A stretch of DNA of 64,000 nt from Blepharisma stoltei ATCC 30299. Lineage: Eukaryota; Protista; Ciliophora. Below the pieces are notes generated by a model. That model made no database searches, had not been told where the DNA came from, and saw only the letters and a list, made by a program, of their open reading frames with translations. The DNA is taken from the NCBI GenBank assembly GCA_965603825.1, contig CBFDEM010000038.1, forward strand, positions 434,001 through 498,000, given 5' to 3'. Shown one piece after another: positions 12,105-25,591 of the stretch (position 1 is its first letter; every line of letters begins with the position of its first letter). The position numbers were made by a program, and so were the translations under genes.

Positions 12105-14696
12105 ATGCTTCCTGATCTTGAATATAATAATAAGATGGACTGGCTGAAAAATAGGAAAAAATCCATGGGCGTTATTTTAGGTCTTTTATTCGCGACTTCT
12201 TTCTTTTGGGTAGTAATTGTTTATAGTGAAGAAGCAGGTTTTGATGATTCCACTAACAGTAATGATCATTTACTTTTTAAAGATTCCAAAGAAGATATAG
12301 ATAATAGATGAAAAATTTCTCACCATATGATTAATGACACAAATTCAACTTCAGATAATCAGACAAATCAATTATTTGTAATAGAATCTCAAGTATTGGC
12401 ATCTGATATTTATATTTTTGATAAAAATATTAAATGCTACCCTCAAAATCTTGGCTATACAAAGTCTCAAAGCGATTCCAGGTTTAAGTACCAAAATCGA
12501 GCCTTAAAGTGTTCTTCTGGAGATGAGCTATTTTCAATGGAAAACAACACTTTATACATAAACTGTTTAAGTTTTGGCCCTGCCCAGTATTCTTTAGGCA
12601 ATTCTCCTGAAAATGAAATTATTGGAAACGTAAAATATTTGCCTGAATGAAAATCCTATTCATCCCCAGTAGATATTGGGGATCGAGAATTCGGTTTTAT
12701 TAAGTGTGGCAGAGACAAAAAGCAAGCATGACTTCACAATAAATTTTCCCAAAAAATTTTTAATAAAACTCAAGAAAAGAGAAAAAATATCATGAGTTCG
12801 CTAAATTTGCCAGAAACCCCAAAACCATTGACAGTTCTACTTATAGTAGTGGATTCTCTATCAAGGCAGCATTTTTATAGGACTATGAAAAACACAGTAG
12901 AGTTTATGAACACTATAAATAGCGATTTTTCTGAAAATTACATTATTTATGATTTTTTTAATGGAAATTCACATGGCGAAAATACACAGCCAAATTTAGC
13001 TCCCTTGCTTTATGGGCGTAGCCTTGCTGACCTCCAAATAAAAACTAAAGGGCTTTCCTTGAAAAAAAGTGATGATGCACCAAAATATCAAAAAATCCAA
13101 GAAAGTATTATTTGAAAGCATTTTGAAAATCATGGATTTGTGACTATGTTTGAGTGGGAAACAAGATGAGATTATTTTCCTGATCTAGCAGGAAGAAAAG
13201 TTCTATGTGACCATGTAGCTACAAGCTTTTGAAGAGGTGCAGTAGATGTCGCAGGGTTTACAGATTTTAGTGAAAAACAAAGATGCATAGGAAATCATCA
13301 TTCCCATGAATATTTATTTAATTACACAAAAGAATTTATAGAAAATTATGCTGGACTTAATAAGTTTGGGTATATGCATTTAATATCTGCGCATGAAGTG
13401 ACTGGGTCAGTGGTCCAAGCTATGGATAATGATTTATCTCGATTTTTTGAAGAAATTATGAATTTTCATATAGACAAAAACGAGGATTTAGCAATTTTTC
13501 TTGTTTCTGATCATGGTAATCATATGGGGCCTTGAGATAGATATGAAGAAGGGACAGTTGAAAATTTGTCTCCATTTACATTTTTTATTACAAATAAGCA
13601 GTTCCTATCAAAAGTCAATAAAAATTCCCATGAAATTATTTTACATAACACACAAAGATTGGTAGGAAAATATGATATTTATCTTACATTACAGCAATTA
13701 GCGTTATTACCATATGGAAATCCATCGGATCAATATAAAAATTGAAAAAATGAAATTAAAATTAATTCTGTTGTTTCTTTATTATATGAAAAAATTCCGG
13801 ATAATCGAACTTGTGAAGACATAGGCGTACCATTGTACTGGTGCAATTGTTTGGCATATAAAAAGATTGAAATAGCTGATGAAAAAGGACTAGCCCATCA
13901 TATAGCAAATGAAGCGGTTTCTACAATTAATAAAAAAAATTCTAAAGATAAAGCCCAAGAATTTTGCTTAGAAGTAAAATTTGATTATGTTATAAAAATT
14001 GAAGAAGAGACCAAGCAAAGTCAAAATTATTCAGGAAACATGTATAAGGTTACGTTTGCTATCAAAGAAAGATCAGGAGTGATTTTCGAAGCTTTTGCAT
14101 TTGTTGGAAATACTATAAAATTCATTAAAATAGAAGTTGAAAATCAATATTACCCTATTTCAAAATGAAAAAATTTTGAGGTCCAAGTCCAAAAAATCGT
14201 CAGAGTTGATACTTTAGATGATTATTGCGGCGAGTTAGCAGAACAAATGTCGGCCAAAGCTTCTTTTTGTGTATGCAAATACCCAGATTCTTATGAATTA
14301 CAAAGCTCGATCCCTCAAAAACGAAAACTTACAATTGAAAAACTAAAAAAAAATTTATCAATTTCTATTGGAGGGATTTTTGAAAATTGCATAGAAACTT
14401 GTTCCAAATTAAATAAAAAATGCGAAAAATGGGGTTTGCCGCTTCTGAATAGGCTGGAGATACTTAATGAGCCTTGAAGAAGTAGTCGTTCAAGTATTCA
14501 AGTTCATAAAGACAATCAGAATATTGATTTCAAAACTCTTAGGGTCAGTGGAAATATTAATGGTGAAGTCACTGGTCTGATGAAGGAATCAGATTCTTAC
14601 AAATTCATGCAAAGCGATTGGAGTAATCTCACTTGTGAAGCAAGAAGTGAGAATATAATGCCAATCTGTCCATGCACGCTTTATTCTTTTATTTAA
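12105..14696 (+). CDS. DUF229-family (alkaline phosphatase superfamily) type-II membrane protein, long form with Cys-rich C-terminal domain (863 aa; alternative start 12135)
   Basis: Five track ORFs in one frame, joined by TGA=Trp. N-terminal TM. Motifs VVDSLSRQHFYR, GENTQPN, SDHG, DNRTCEDIGVPLYWCNC. C-terminus ...MPICPC, TAA at 14694-14696. Confidence 0.85.
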
Positions 14697-15901
14697 ATGC
14701 ACATAATTATAGTATTTAAAACTAGATTTGAGAAATTTAGTATAGGGATCGTTTTAATTTTAAATTCAATCAAAAAGAGATTTAATCTTATTACAATAAT
14801 GAGACATTCTTAATATAAAATTATAACTCTTTATCGAGATCTATTTAAATGCTCTAATTTGCTACTTCAATTTGCAATAATTTAATCAATATTATTTTAA
14901 GGGATTTCAAATTGTGTGGGAGAAGTTAAAAGTTTTTATAATATTGTCTAGTAAAATATTGAATTTATGCTCAGGAAAAGGATTTTATTAATGATAAAGT
15001 ACACTTGTAGATGCGAATCTATGATGCTATTATATTTTGGTAAAATATGAGTAAAGGAAATTTCATTTTATTCACAAAATTCATATTTCAGTTGCAAACT
15101 TATGAAACGTTGAAGTTTTATTTCAGGTTTATAGAAATATGCTTTGAATTATTTTTAGCTTCCCTTAGAGGTCTAAAAAGCTCGAAATCTGATATAATTA
15201 ATCAGCCCTAGCTAGCATAGGAAGATTTGTCGGGGTGAGTTTAACGGAGATGTTCTGTGTTGATAAAGATTTGAAAAAATAAGGATGCAAAAGTATAAAT
15301 AATGGCCGAAATTATAATCTGAAAATATGGAGTCAAAATTTTATGAAGCATTTATAAAATCAGTAAAAAATTAAAGTTTAAAATCATGAAATAGCTATTT
15401 AAGGGATTTCTTAGAATCAAGTTAATTCATTTATGTATAGCTAAAGACATAGATTAAGTGTCAATGCACTCTTTTTTAGATATTCATTGTATTGAATTTA
15501 CAACGGACTTTAAATTAAAAGAATTTGCATTTATACTTAAAAATTTAAGGTTTTGCGATAGCTTGATCATCATCTCAAATACAAAGTACAACAGAGTATC
15601 AAATAGAATTGAAAATAACAAAATTTCAGATTTAATAGAATAGTTAAATTGCATTAAAAGCTGATAATTGCAGCTGTCTAATCAAAAATATGGTATATTT
15701 TTATATTATAAAATTAAAGCTAATTTTAGTTTCATTTTGCGTTCTCTAAATATTTTCAAGTGTTAGATGATTATTTAATGAATAAGTCAATTTTTAAAAA
15801 GAATATGCATGCTCAAATAAAATAACAGAAGATTAGAGATAAAAATATTTATTTGGAGTCATTAATAATGGTCATTAAATATTAAGTTATTGCTATAATA
15901 A

Positions 15902-18466
15902 ATGCCTTGGCTTCCAAGCAGAAAGAAATCCTTGATTTTTCTTTTGGGTTTCTTAATGATAATATCCTTTTTCTGGGCCTTAGTCATATATACAGAAGAA
16001 AGTAGCCTAGAAGACCAAAAAAATGATGATGCTAAAGTAATAATCGGAAATTCAAACAGTCGAGTTAAACCTTCTAATGTCAATTCAAAATCTCATCCTA
16101 GTGCTAAAAATCAAGACACCGACTCATTTAATACAAATGCAATAAAGCCACTAATATCGTCACCCGAAGTAAATATTTTTGATGAAGGCATAAAATGCTT
16201 TCCTCATCTCTCAGGGTACCAAAAATTCCAAAGTGACTATCGCTATAAGTATCACAATCGCCAATTAGCCTGCAATTATGACCCTTTAAAAGTTTTTGAC
16301 ATAAAAAATAACACCCTGATAATGAACTGTAGCAATGCAGGCCCTGCTCAATATTCTTTAGGGAATAATCCAAATTTTGAGATTCTTGGGAATGTAAAAT
16401 ATAATCCTGATTGGAGACCTTATTTTACAGACCCAATTGACCTTGATAAGCATGAATATGGGTTTGTAAAGTGTGGAAATACGAAAAAACAGGGATGACT
16501 ACATAATAAATACTCATGAGAAGTATCTGATAGAGTGAAGGAAAGAACAGAAAATATTACTAAAGAATTAAATTTAACAGAAACACAAAAGCCTTTAACA
16601 GTGCTTGTCTTAATGGTAGATGCAGTATCAAGGCAGCATTTTTTTAGAAGTATGGGAAGCACGGTAGAGTTTATAAGAGAAAATATCATAAATGGAACGT
16701 ATTCGGATACTTATAATGTTTATGATTTTTATAATGGAAATTCTCATGGAGAAAACACTTTACCAAATTTAGTTCCTTTGCTATTTGGGCATTCTTATTT
16801 TGACCATTTATTACAAACTCGCTATCTTTCATTAAAAAGTGCTGACAGTACAAATAAATTTTTAAAAATCCAAGAAAAAATTATCTGAAAAGATTTTGAA
16901 AAAAATGGATTTGTTACCATGTTCGGATGAGAAACTAGATGGGACTACTTCGCTGAAATCGGTGGAAGAAAAATCCTATGCGACCACGTAGCTGCTAGCT
17001 TTTGGCGTGGGGCTTTAGAAGTTTCAGGATTTACAGATTTTAGTGAAAAACAAAGATGCATAGGAAATCACCATTCTCATGAATTTTTATTTAATTACAC
17101 AAAAGAATTTTTGGAAAATTATGAAGGACATAACAAATTTGGATATGCTCATTTTTCGTCTGGGCATGAAATCACTGGATCTGTGCTTGAAGCTATGGAT
17201 GCTGATTTAGCTGAATTTTTAGAAAAAACTATGAGGATTCATAACGAAAAAAATGAAGACTTAGCGATTTTACTTTTATCAGACCATGGACTTCATATGG
17301 GACCATGGGATAGATATGAAGAAGGATTAATCGAAAATTTGTCTCCATTTACGATTTTTATTGCTAATAAACAGCTTCTATCAAAAATCAATGAAAATTC
17401 GCATGAAATTCTTTTACATAACACACAAAGGCTAGTAGGAAAATACGATGTGTATCTTACATTAAAGCATTTATCAACAGTGCCATACGGAAATGCAATG
17501 CTAAATTATAAGGATTGGAAAAATGAAATTAATTTGACATCTGTGGTTTCTTTATTCCATGAAGAAATACCAGATAACCGTACATGTGAAGATATAGGAA
17601 TTCCACTATACTGATGCAATTGTTTAAAGTACGAAAAAATTAATATAAATGACGAAAGCTCACTAGCTCACCATATAGCTATTGAAGCAGTTGGGGCTAT
17701 TAATAGGAAAAATATTAAAGATAAATCACAAGAAGTATGCATGGAAATTAAGCTTGAAAAAGTTATAAAAATTGAAGAAGAGCTTAAGGAAAGCCAAAAA
17801 TACTCAGGAAATATGTATAAAGTATCATTTTCAATCAGAGAAAGATCCGGGGTGGTCTTTACTGCCTTCGCATATGTAGCTAAAACCTTTAAATACAGCA
17901 AAGAAGAAAAAGAAAATGAAATTTACCCGATTTCCCAGTTCGAAAGTTTCAGAGTCCAAATCCAAAAAATTGTCCGGGCTGATAATAAAGATGATTTTTG
18001 CTGTGAAGTGGCTGAAGTAATAGGGGCTAAATGCTCCTTTTGCATTTGCACACATCCAAAAGACTATCAAATCGCCAAAGTTATGCCTGCCAAAAAAAAG
18101 TCAACTTTAGAAAAATTAAAAAAATCTTTGTTTATTGCTGTAGGGAATGTCGATAAATCCTGTAATGAGACTTGTGCATATTTTAATAAAAAATGCGAAA
18201 AATGGGGATTATCGTTAGTAAATAGGCTGGAAATTCTTAAAGAGCCTTGGAGGGTCCAGTCAAGCTCAAATATATATAAAGATAAAGGCTTTATGGATTT
18301 CAAGAATTCAAAGGTAGATAAAACAAAAGAAGGAAAATTTCCTGGGCTTTTATTTGAAGATAATAAGTATACTTTTATCCAAGCAGACTGAGATAAGCTG
18401 AGCTGTGATGCAAAAAATGACAAATATATGCCAATATGTCCTTGCACTTATTATCATTATAATTAA
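15902..18466 (+). CDS. DUF229-family type-II membrane protein, long form with Cys-rich C-terminal domain (854 aa); tandem paralog of 12105..14696
   Basis: In-frame fragments joined by TGA. Motifs MVDAVSRQHFFR, GENTLPN, LSDHG, DNRTCEDIGIP. TAA at 18464-18466. Confidence 0.85.
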
Positions 18467-18491
18467 AATATTAATTTTATTAAAATCACCA

Positions 18492-20033
18492 TTAAGAAAA
18501 TTCAAAAATTTGTGGGGTCGATTGAATTTCTAAATTTTCATCTTCAAAGCCAAAAAAGTCTTTAAAAATGTTTATTACATATTGGTATACTTCAGGCGTC
18601 ATAAATTGTTGTGCATGCTCCATAGCGTCTAAACATTTGGTTTGGTCTAGTAAAATACACATTTTGTTGTCTTTTGACCTTGTATTTTCTGCTATTTCTT
18701 CGCCACATATTAAAGCTCTTTTTACAAATTTTAATAAATTCATAACAATTTTAGGTTCAACTGATTTAATTCCTTCACTAATATAAAGAAAATAATCATT
18801 ATTACAAATTGCTAGAATCTGCTCAGTATTTGCGACTTGTGAAATATTCCGAAACGAATAGCTAGCTTCAAGCCGAGTTAAAATATCAGGGTCGATTAAT
18901 CCAGAGGCCACTTTTTCAAAAATTTTATGATTAATTATCTGAAAAATGCATTTTTTGTCACATAATAAATTGCTTATTATTTTTTGGACTAATCTTCGGG
19001 CATTTTGGTTTGTATTTGCTATTATCTTTATTAATAAATCCAATACCCCAAGTTTCAATAATTCTTCATTTTTATCCAAAAAAGAAATGCTTGCAATAAG
19101 TTTTAAAATCTCAAATTTTATGTCTGGGTTATCTATTTCAAATTTTTCTATACAATTTTTTATAATTTTTTCGTCAAGTGCTGTATTTAAATATTTAGGA
19201 TTCTGATTGTCAATTAAAAATCTTAATGCTGAAAATATATCATATATAATTTCTATATCATTTGAATTTCCTAACAAATTAATCATTTCTCATAAAATAT
19301 TCAAAGCTTCTATTGGAATTTCTGAGTGGGTTCTGCATAGGTTGCTAATACAAAAAGCAATTGTTTTTGCTATATTTGTGTTTTTATTGATATTTATTGT
19401 TTGTAATAGCCTATGTAATAAACTGTGGAATGAATAATTTATGCTGATTTCATGTCTGTATTTTTCGTTGTCTCCACATATATTTGCTAAGGCGCATATA
19501 GAGTTTTCTGTTGTTAGAGGCTTATTTTCATTAATAGCACCAATAAGAGCGTCAATGACTCCAAAATTCACGAGTTTCTCTGTAAGTGGATTTTTATAAA
19601 TAAATATACACAAAATTCATGCAGCTTTACTTGTAATTTCATCAGGAAGGTCATTGTTTAATATATCACAAAGCATGTTTGCATAATCATCTCTATACAG
19701 CTCTATTAAATCCAGCTTATTTTGTATTAAAATTTTTGCAAATTCTTTTAAGCAATCTTTAATTTTATCAATTTCTTTGTTTTCATATAAAAAGTTGTAA
19801 ATCAGTAAAAGCTTATTTTCAGCTGTTTGGCTTGAAAAATCTTTTATTAAAGAAAATTCCTCACTTACCTTTTCTATCATATTTAGGCGCAATCTTTCAA
19901 ATCTTTCAGTTCGCTTAGTCTTTCTTAATTTAACTGTATATTCTTCTGTTTTTCTTTGTAGATCTTTTGTATTAACTAACATGAAATTTTCTTTTCTAGA
20001 CTCGAAGTAATTGTTTGTATTTATGACACTCAT
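18492..20033 (-). CDS. Importin-alpha-like protein (IBB-like N-terminus plus armadillo repeats), ~513 aa; alternative start 20060
   Basis: Three in-frame ORFs joined by TGA. IBB-like 'RKTEEYTVKLRKTKRTERFERLR'; ARM-like 'ENSICALANICGD', 'AFCISNLCR', 'EASYSFRNI'; C-terminal 'IFEFS'. Confidence 0.75.
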
Positions 20034-20320
20034 TTTTATTAATTTATTAAATGCTTTCATAATTTTCTAATTAGAGAAATTAAAAATCCTATATTATAAA
20101 ATTTAGCTTGTGGAAACATAAATTATTTTTAAATTAGAAATGAATTTTTATTAATATCCAAGCAATTCAACAATTTTACTTCATTTTAAAAATCCTAATA
20201 ATTTTCTACCTCATTCCATTAAACCCATATTAATTCTTCTCAATTCCCACCATTTTATACCAAATTCGAACTGTAATCCTGGCCTTATTCTCTATTAATT
20301 TTTTGATATAATTACTTAAT

Positions 20321-21430
20321 ATGGATTCTTGCTCCTCTGATGAAGAAAATTCTAAAATCGAATCTTGGGTCTCTATACGATTCTTGAAAGAAGCAGCCAA
20401 TATTCAGTCAGTCTATCGTCAGCGTAGCCGAAGCTCTTCAATAGATTCAACTTCTCCAATCCCATCTGAAGAGCCTAGTATCACCGTTGAATGAAAGCCG
20501 AACGGATTTGTTAATCAAAGTATCTGCTTCAACGCAGTAAATCGAAATAAAACTATAGACACCCCAAAGCCAACTGAAGCTTCACCTGATTTTGAAGAAT
20601 TACAATGCTTACTTCAGCATAAAGATGCAAAAATACAAAAAATTCGACAAAAATCCCAATGTTTATTAGAAAAATCAAATAAAGATTTAATTGAAGCAAA
20701 ACTACACTATAAACAAGCCAACCAAGAAATCGCCACTTTAAAGAAGATGAATGAACTTATCAAAGAGCAAAACTCCAAACAATTAGAAGATTTGCAAGTC
20801 AGGCATGAAAGAAAACTCCAAAAAGTCAAGCAAGATGTAGATAACTATTTAAGTGAATTATATGAAAAAGCTGCTGTGTATGTAACTGAAAAATTAAAAA
20901 TTTCTCACAAAAGAGAAATAATGGGGTTAAAAGAACAATATGAGGAAAAAATTAACAGGATGAGGATGGAGTATGAAGCAGAAATAGACCAAAAGGACTA
21001 TGAGTGTAGACAGCTTCTGGAACAGCTAGAAGAGCAGACTGAAGAGTTTACTGAAGAAAATTCTGAAAAATACATAAATTTAATTAAAAATCATGTGCAA
21101 AATGAAAGGGAGAAAAAAAAGAAGGGAAAGGATGGAAAAGTAGATGCAATGATGAGACAAGTGGAAGAACAGAAATTAATTATTGAGTCTCAGCAAAGGA
21201 TTATTGATGATTTGAGCAGAGAATTGCAGGACTCCTTTAGGAGAAGATCAAGAATTAGTGGGATGTCGAATAAGACTTGTCATGTAAAATCACAAAAGAG
21301 TTTTCAAGGGTTGCTTGATCAGCTTAGCTGCTTTTTGGATACTGCAGACCCAAATACTTCGAGAGAGCTTGAAGATACTCTAAGAGGTTTTCAAAGCCGT
21401 CATGGAAGTTCAGAAAAATTAAGTTTTTAA
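20321..21430 (+). CDS. Coiled-coil protein of unknown function (369 aa)
   Basis: ATG 20321 is in frame with ORF 20747..21430 through one TGA. E/K/Q-rich heptad-like composition. Ends TAA. Confidence 0.75.
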
Positions 21431-21557
21431 TTAGTGTAAATACTCTGTGATTATTCATACTAATTATTTCATTTAATCTCTAAGGCTAGCGCTTTAATAT
21501 TAAACTAATTCCTATCATTACTACCTTAAAAATATAGATTAACCAATTATTTTATTT

Positions 21558-24500
21558 TTAAAACATCGATGCATAAGTCTGATATTTTTGGACTGAATCC
21601 AGCGAATACCTTTGGACTAACTCTTCTATTTGCCTTCTTCTCACATGGATTTGTTTTTCATAATTCGCATGCTTTATCCCCCTAATTTGCTGATTGGCAT
21701 GGATCGCAGTTTGCCTTACCAGTGGTCCTAGCAATTTCCATGGTATGACCATTCCATCTTGTAGCGGCCCAGTGTCCACTTCTATTTTTTTCAAAATTTG
21801 TATCCTAAACATCATAGGGGTCAATGGGTAAATAATAATAACAATAAAATTAAAATGAGTCAGCATAGTTTCACGTCTATAATCTCTCCAATGGTCACTT
21901 CATATTATATGGACTATATCATTTCCTACGTGTCTTTTTTTAAGCACTTGCTGCTCATCAGATTCAATAGTAGGCATTAAAGGAACAACGTGAAAAATTA
22001 CATCATATTGAAAATCTGCATAAGAAATTGTTATATTTCCTGCTGAGCCACTTGGATCAAGACCTCCAAGATTTCCTATATGTTGCCTAACATCAACAAC
22101 ATTTCCTAAGCTTTGTACAAACTTTTGAAAAGCTAATGACCCAAAGGAATTCGCTAAAACTTCTTTTTCATCTTGCTGACCTGGGCCTACATAAATAATT
22201 CCAATTTTTATAGGCTCTCTTGGCTGGCAGTTATCGAGCAACACAACTCCTCGATCCAATTTTTCACCAGATTCTAATGGTACAAGTTTCTGTAGTAACC
22301 CAAAATTTGACACAAAATATCTAATCATGCTGAAATTTGGAGCTGGGGGAACTGATCTGCTTTCTATTACTTCACATTCTGCTTCTAGCTCTTCTACACT
22401 GTCCATTAATCTTAGCATCTCTTGGCCAGCTTCAATAGCTTTATCTTTTACATAGCATTCTGAGTAGGTATTTGCTATATAGTCTATTAATAAAGGCAGT
22501 AATGGCTCATCATCTAATTTTGTTGGAGGGTCTTGGGAGTTTAATTCAATACTTGTTGATTGGATTACGTTTAAAATTGTTAAAAATTCTTCAGTTTTGG
22601 TGGAATTTTCAAAAATTCGGTAGTCTTCAGATTCCCAGCAAAATTTCCCGAATTGGTTTCTAATAATAAATTTTGCTTTATTAGTGGACAAAATTATTGA
22701 AAAAATCACCGAAGTTCCTAACGCAAAATGCAAAATCTGAGAATTTTCATCCAAAAATTCATCATCTTTTACCAAAGATTGGAAAACAGCTGAAGATTGC
22801 TGCTTTAATGGAAAATTCAAATAATAAATCGACAAAAATGAGCTTAAAGCGTTGATTTCTGCTTCAAGAGTCTGGTTTCCTTCTACACTTATCAATAAAA
22901 TTGATAAAGAGCTGAATAAGTTTGTTAAAATTTCTTCATTAAATATGATAGGACTTGTCAATAAACAGTGTTGTATTGCATTTAAAGCAGTTTTTAAGAC
23001 TTTTTCCCTGGTTGTGGATACTGTTGTTAAAACTTCTTCTATTAAAAACACAAGGATTTTTTCACATAAATTCGGAAGTATACTTACTAGTGGCTGTAAA
23101 CAGTGAAATGCAGCAAGTGCTGTATTGTCTTCTAAGCTTAAACATTTATTGAGGATTAAATCTGTAATTAAGGGTAATGAGTCATGAATTTCTGAGGTGA
23201 TTTCTTCTAATGCGAATACTGTTAGCCCATAAAGCACTGATGAAGATAATTCAGGTTTTTCAAGACAAATTTCTAAGGTGTTTTTTATTATAGGCTTTAA
23301 ATCAGCATACGTCATTGGATCATCAGCTGGGTCAAATAGAGGCGTATTTTTATAGTAATTTGGAAAGCACATAATATAAAAAATCAATTTCAATGCTTGT
23401 GGGTAGTTATTTTCACAGATCTCTAAGTAGCTTTTAATTAAAAAATGCATGCCTGGAAAATCCAAAAGTTTTGGGGCTGATTCTAAAATGCTTATGTGTA
23501 AATGTGGCTTTTGAGTGCTTAAAAATAAAATTAAGCTGAGTTGCTGTATATAGCAATCCATTGGAAGTTCTTCGCATTTTGTATTGATAAATAGTGAGGT
23601 AAGGGTGTTAAATGCAATTATTTGTGTTTCTTTGCTTTTACTCATACGAATTAGCCTTGAAAGAATATAAAAGAAAAATCCTAATAATTTACTAGGACTT
23701 GCTGATGATAAAGGATATGAAATAATCAATTTGACTATATCATTTACAGAATTCGCCCAATAATTCTGGACTTTTTCTATAAAATTTAAAGGCTCTCCTA
23801 ATATATTTAACATTTGTAGCCAGTTATCAAGCAAAAGACAAGACTGAAAATTAATTTCTTTTAGTTTTCCTGTTAAATCTAGCATGATTTTATGCCAATG
23901 CTCTACAATGGGCTCTGATATTTTTGATCATCTTCTGATAATTTTTGAATAATTAACCCAATCTATAGTCGTTTTTGAAAAAATTGTTGTAACAGTTGAC
24001 AATAAAAATTCTGCAGTTGGCTCTATAATATCATGAAATGGTTTGGTCAATGAATGAGTTTCAGCTAATTTCTCGGCCAAATTCAGCGAAATATCATGGA
24101 TTACTTTTCAAAAATCCTCCTTAATTCTTAATTTTTCTAACAGCTTTATCATGATTTTGCATAAATCAATCCTTTTTGGGCTAAAATCTGAAGAAAAATC
24201 AAATAAATTGATACAATGAGGCAAATAATTCGCTAAATGTTTCTGTGCAAGTGGGTTGTCAATTGAGGGTTTTTGACGTCCATCAATCCATTCTTCAAAC
24301 AATTTCAGGCATTTATTCGCAGTTTTATAGCAAACATCAATATAATTTTCTGACATTTTAAAGGAGAGGCCTAGAGTATTTATAACAAACTCATAGTCAG
24401 TTACATTGATGAGCAAGCAGTCTAAGATTTCTTGGTCTTTGATGTATTTTATAAACCAATTAGAAATTATATACTGCAAAGTCGGCGGAGTGCCATTTCG

Positions 24501-25370
24501 GAAGCCCCAGTCATTACTCATATTTTCGCCCCCTGTGCAGTGTCCTGGGTAAATTAAGAATAATAAAGTCTTTTTTAATAAATTGAACCATCGTTTAAAA
24601 TGCTCTTGCTTAGATTCAAGGCTAGGAGGAATATCTGTTTCTACAGAATACTCAAAAACCTTGCTAATTAATAACAATGTATTTTTAATCCCTATAGTCA
24701 ACGATTGTCCAGTCATTTGTTCTAATTCTTTTAGTTCCTTCATCGTTGTAGCTGGTGTTGATTTCCTTACTGCTTCCTGTGCTAAAGTCAGTCATGGGAA
24801 ATGCAGAGGGTTTGGCCCAGTTGTCAATATCGACCTGTCTGGGAAAATTATTTCTATACTATCTTCAGACCGAAACTGAGACAAATCTAATGACGCCAAA
24901 AACAAATGCTGTAAGTAAGGCAAATTTATATTGAAATTTAGCAGATTTAGCAACAAAGTAAACCCAATGTCCCTTAATTCTCATCTATTGTCCTCATAAA
25001 GACACACACAAGCGATTTCCTGGGCTTCTACCACACGATTCATTTGTCCATATCGCGTGATCTCAATCAACATCTTAAAGACTGCTAAAATGTCATCCCA
25101 GGACACATTTTTCCCTTTGGTTTTGGAGCCTTCTAGGTTACGCAGAAGGCTCAAGCAAATATTTGAGGCATCTTCTCCATATTCCTTGAAAAATTCATGC
25201 AATTTTTCATTGTAACCTGGATATGAAGCAGATTTTTCTAAACTTTTTGTGATCTGTAGTAGTATTGAAAATCGCTTTTTTAGCGGCTTGCTGGAGTCTT
25301 GCAAATAGTTAAATCTCGCTTTTTCTTCCTCGTTGGGTTTTCCTGTAAACCAGCTTGTGAAGCCTTTCAT
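21558..25370 (-). CDS. Rap/Ran-GAP-domain protein, RalGAP-alpha/tuberin-like (1270 aa)
   Basis: Four in-frame ORFs; the long gaps contain only TGA. C-terminal GAP motifs KIGIIYVGPGQ, VIFHVVPLMP, KKRHVGNDIVHII(W)SDHWRDY and GPLQDG..LGPLVRQTAIHA match the RalGAP-alpha pattern. ATG at 25370 (MKGFTSWF). Confidence 0.85.
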
Positions 25371-25591
25371 ATTTAGAAAATTCGCCAAAGAGAAATTTTA
25401 GAGCTAATTTGAAAGGAGGAGGTGGGGAAGTTGGGAAAAAATAATAAATAGTAGGTAATTAAAGAATAAAATAGGTATTAATTGGAAAACATTGATTTTA
25501 TATAGGATTTTTATGAATCATTTATTAGACTTTTAGGGTTTTTCTTGTTATTCATTATATTACATTTTATTACAGCGTTGATTTAATTTTT

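Noticed and set aside
15458-15643. 61-aa GTG-start ORF between the two long DUF229 genes (similarly 36433..36618 and 49869..50060)
   Set aside because: No credible start or motif; AT-rich intergenic composition.
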